DNA of 63,890 nt, filler included, from Octopus bimaculoides (Eukaryota): the NCBI RefSeq assembly GCF_001194135.2. It is 9 parts of 7 records of this genome, joined end to end, with 100 filler letters (N's around TTAATTAATTAA, not from the genome) between each part and the next. Parts side by side here need not be neighbours in the genome. Positions count along the whole stretch, not along the records: positions 61,552 to 63,890 come from NC_068988.1; 8 more parts are not named here. One strand, given 5' to 3'. The notes under the pieces are model-generated. The model was not told the origin of the DNA. It did no database searches and saw only the letters and a list, made by a program, of their open reading frames with translations. Below, in pieces: positions 62,764 through 63,890 of this stretch (position 1 is its first letter; each line of letters opens with the position of its first letter). A program made the position numbers and the translations under genes.

Positions 62764-63008
62764 CGTACATATACATCAGGGTATGAGAGGTAATGGTATC
62801 AAAGGTGTCAGGTAATGCTGAGTAAGTGCTATGTACAGACTATAGTCAAGTACAAGCTTCGATAATGATACAACGAGGAGTCAACGAGGAGCCTAACGTA
62901 GCTCGCGTATTAACATGTATATATATAAAAATTAACAAAATCCAAGGTGGTGAATATTTTTCCAGAACATTTATAAAGAAGCCTTACAGCTGTTCCCTGG
63001 ATGTTTTA

Positions 63009-63293
63009 TATATCCCATCATGAGAGACGGTGCGAGAAAATGTGTAAGTAATAGTTATTATAGAGAAGATGTGAAATACAGAATGAAGTGGAGGAATGAA
63101 AACAGATGTGAGATAGCATTTGGTAAGAAACTTATGTATACATCATTCTGCTTAAATAATGGAACTACGGATACAATATCCTTCCGCATCTCACGTCTGT
63201 TCTCGTTCCTCAACTTCACTCTGTAGTTCATATCTTCTCTATAATAACTATTACTCAAACATTTTCTCGCACTGTCTCTGATCAAGGCGTATA
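63009..63293. mobile_element. Foldback element / MITE with about 109-bp inverted arms and TA termini
   Basis: Core arms 63024-63117 and 63186-63278 have 10 mismatches plus 1 indel. A further 15 bp outward pairs imperfectly, ending in TATA. Loop 68 bp. Confidence 0.8.
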
Positions 63294-63605
63294 TGAAATA
63301 TCCTGGAAAAACCTGTAAGACCTTCTCTTTATAAATGTTCTGAAAACTATTCACCGCCTTGGATTTTTTTTATCTCATTCAGTTAATTTATATTTGTGTG
63401 TGGGTGTGTGTGTGTAATAAATGCACACGTGTGTTCCTAGCGTTTACATTCCGGTTGTTAGACTATATATGAATTTTATTATCTTAGTATAAAATCAAAG
63501 ATTAATATTCGTTTTTTGCGGACATAATTTATACAAGATGACGACAATACATATACGTAAATTGCAAAGTACATATATAAAAGCATACATACAGGCACGA
63601 AGCTT

Positions 63606-63680
<75 letters not shown>
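63606..63680. repeat. (TATC)n microsatellite
   Basis: About 18 perfect units. Confidence 0.95.
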
Positions 63681-63890
63681 CTATGGACGGACGGTAGATG
63701 TGTCGGTTCCGTAAGTTTTGCCTTTTTCATGTTTTAAAAAGTTTGTTTGTAAAGTTTATTTTATATACAAAGTTGTATAACAACTTGTAGACTCTCTGGT
63801 GCAAGTTTTTTGCGACGGAAATCTGCCCTGTGTGGCACATTTCCAGGATATAAAAACCAATTTCGGCTTTCTAGCCATTTTTTTTGAGAC

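Overview
Eukaryotic, AT-rich, microsatellite-saturated draft-assembly DNA. About 10% is N, and eight contig joins are marked by the artificial linker N44-TTAATTAATTAA-N44. The repeat style suggests a coleoid cephalopod (Octopus-like); this is an inference, not verified. Only one host gene is supportable: an intronless forkhead transcription factor at 33990-35393 (+), best called FoxQ2 of the class carrying a C-terminal Eh1/Groucho-binding motif. It sits on a 2.5-kb contig between two linker gaps. The rest is transposon debris: at least four tRNA-derived SINE-like families, Tc1/mariner remnants and MITEs, a Penelope-like GIY-YIG remnant, and CR1/L2-like, R4/Dong-like and L1/Tx1-like LINE 3' ends. 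The most notable structures are: (i) a dominant SINE with a built-in proto-microsatellite expanded to very different lengths, whose 3' tail matches a LINE 3' end in the same window; (ii) a cluster of LINE fragments each abutting a specific microsatellite (51.7-54.2 kb); (iii) a mariner derivative built from two inverted 5' ends; (iv) hammerhead-like motifs at 54.2-55.6 kb; (v) several templated inversions and duplications. Almost all other ORFs in the supplied track are translations of microsatellites or N gaps. No prokaryote-type system, CRISPR array, rRNA or genuine tRNA gene was found. All element classifications rest on manual translation and recalled family motifs, not database searches.
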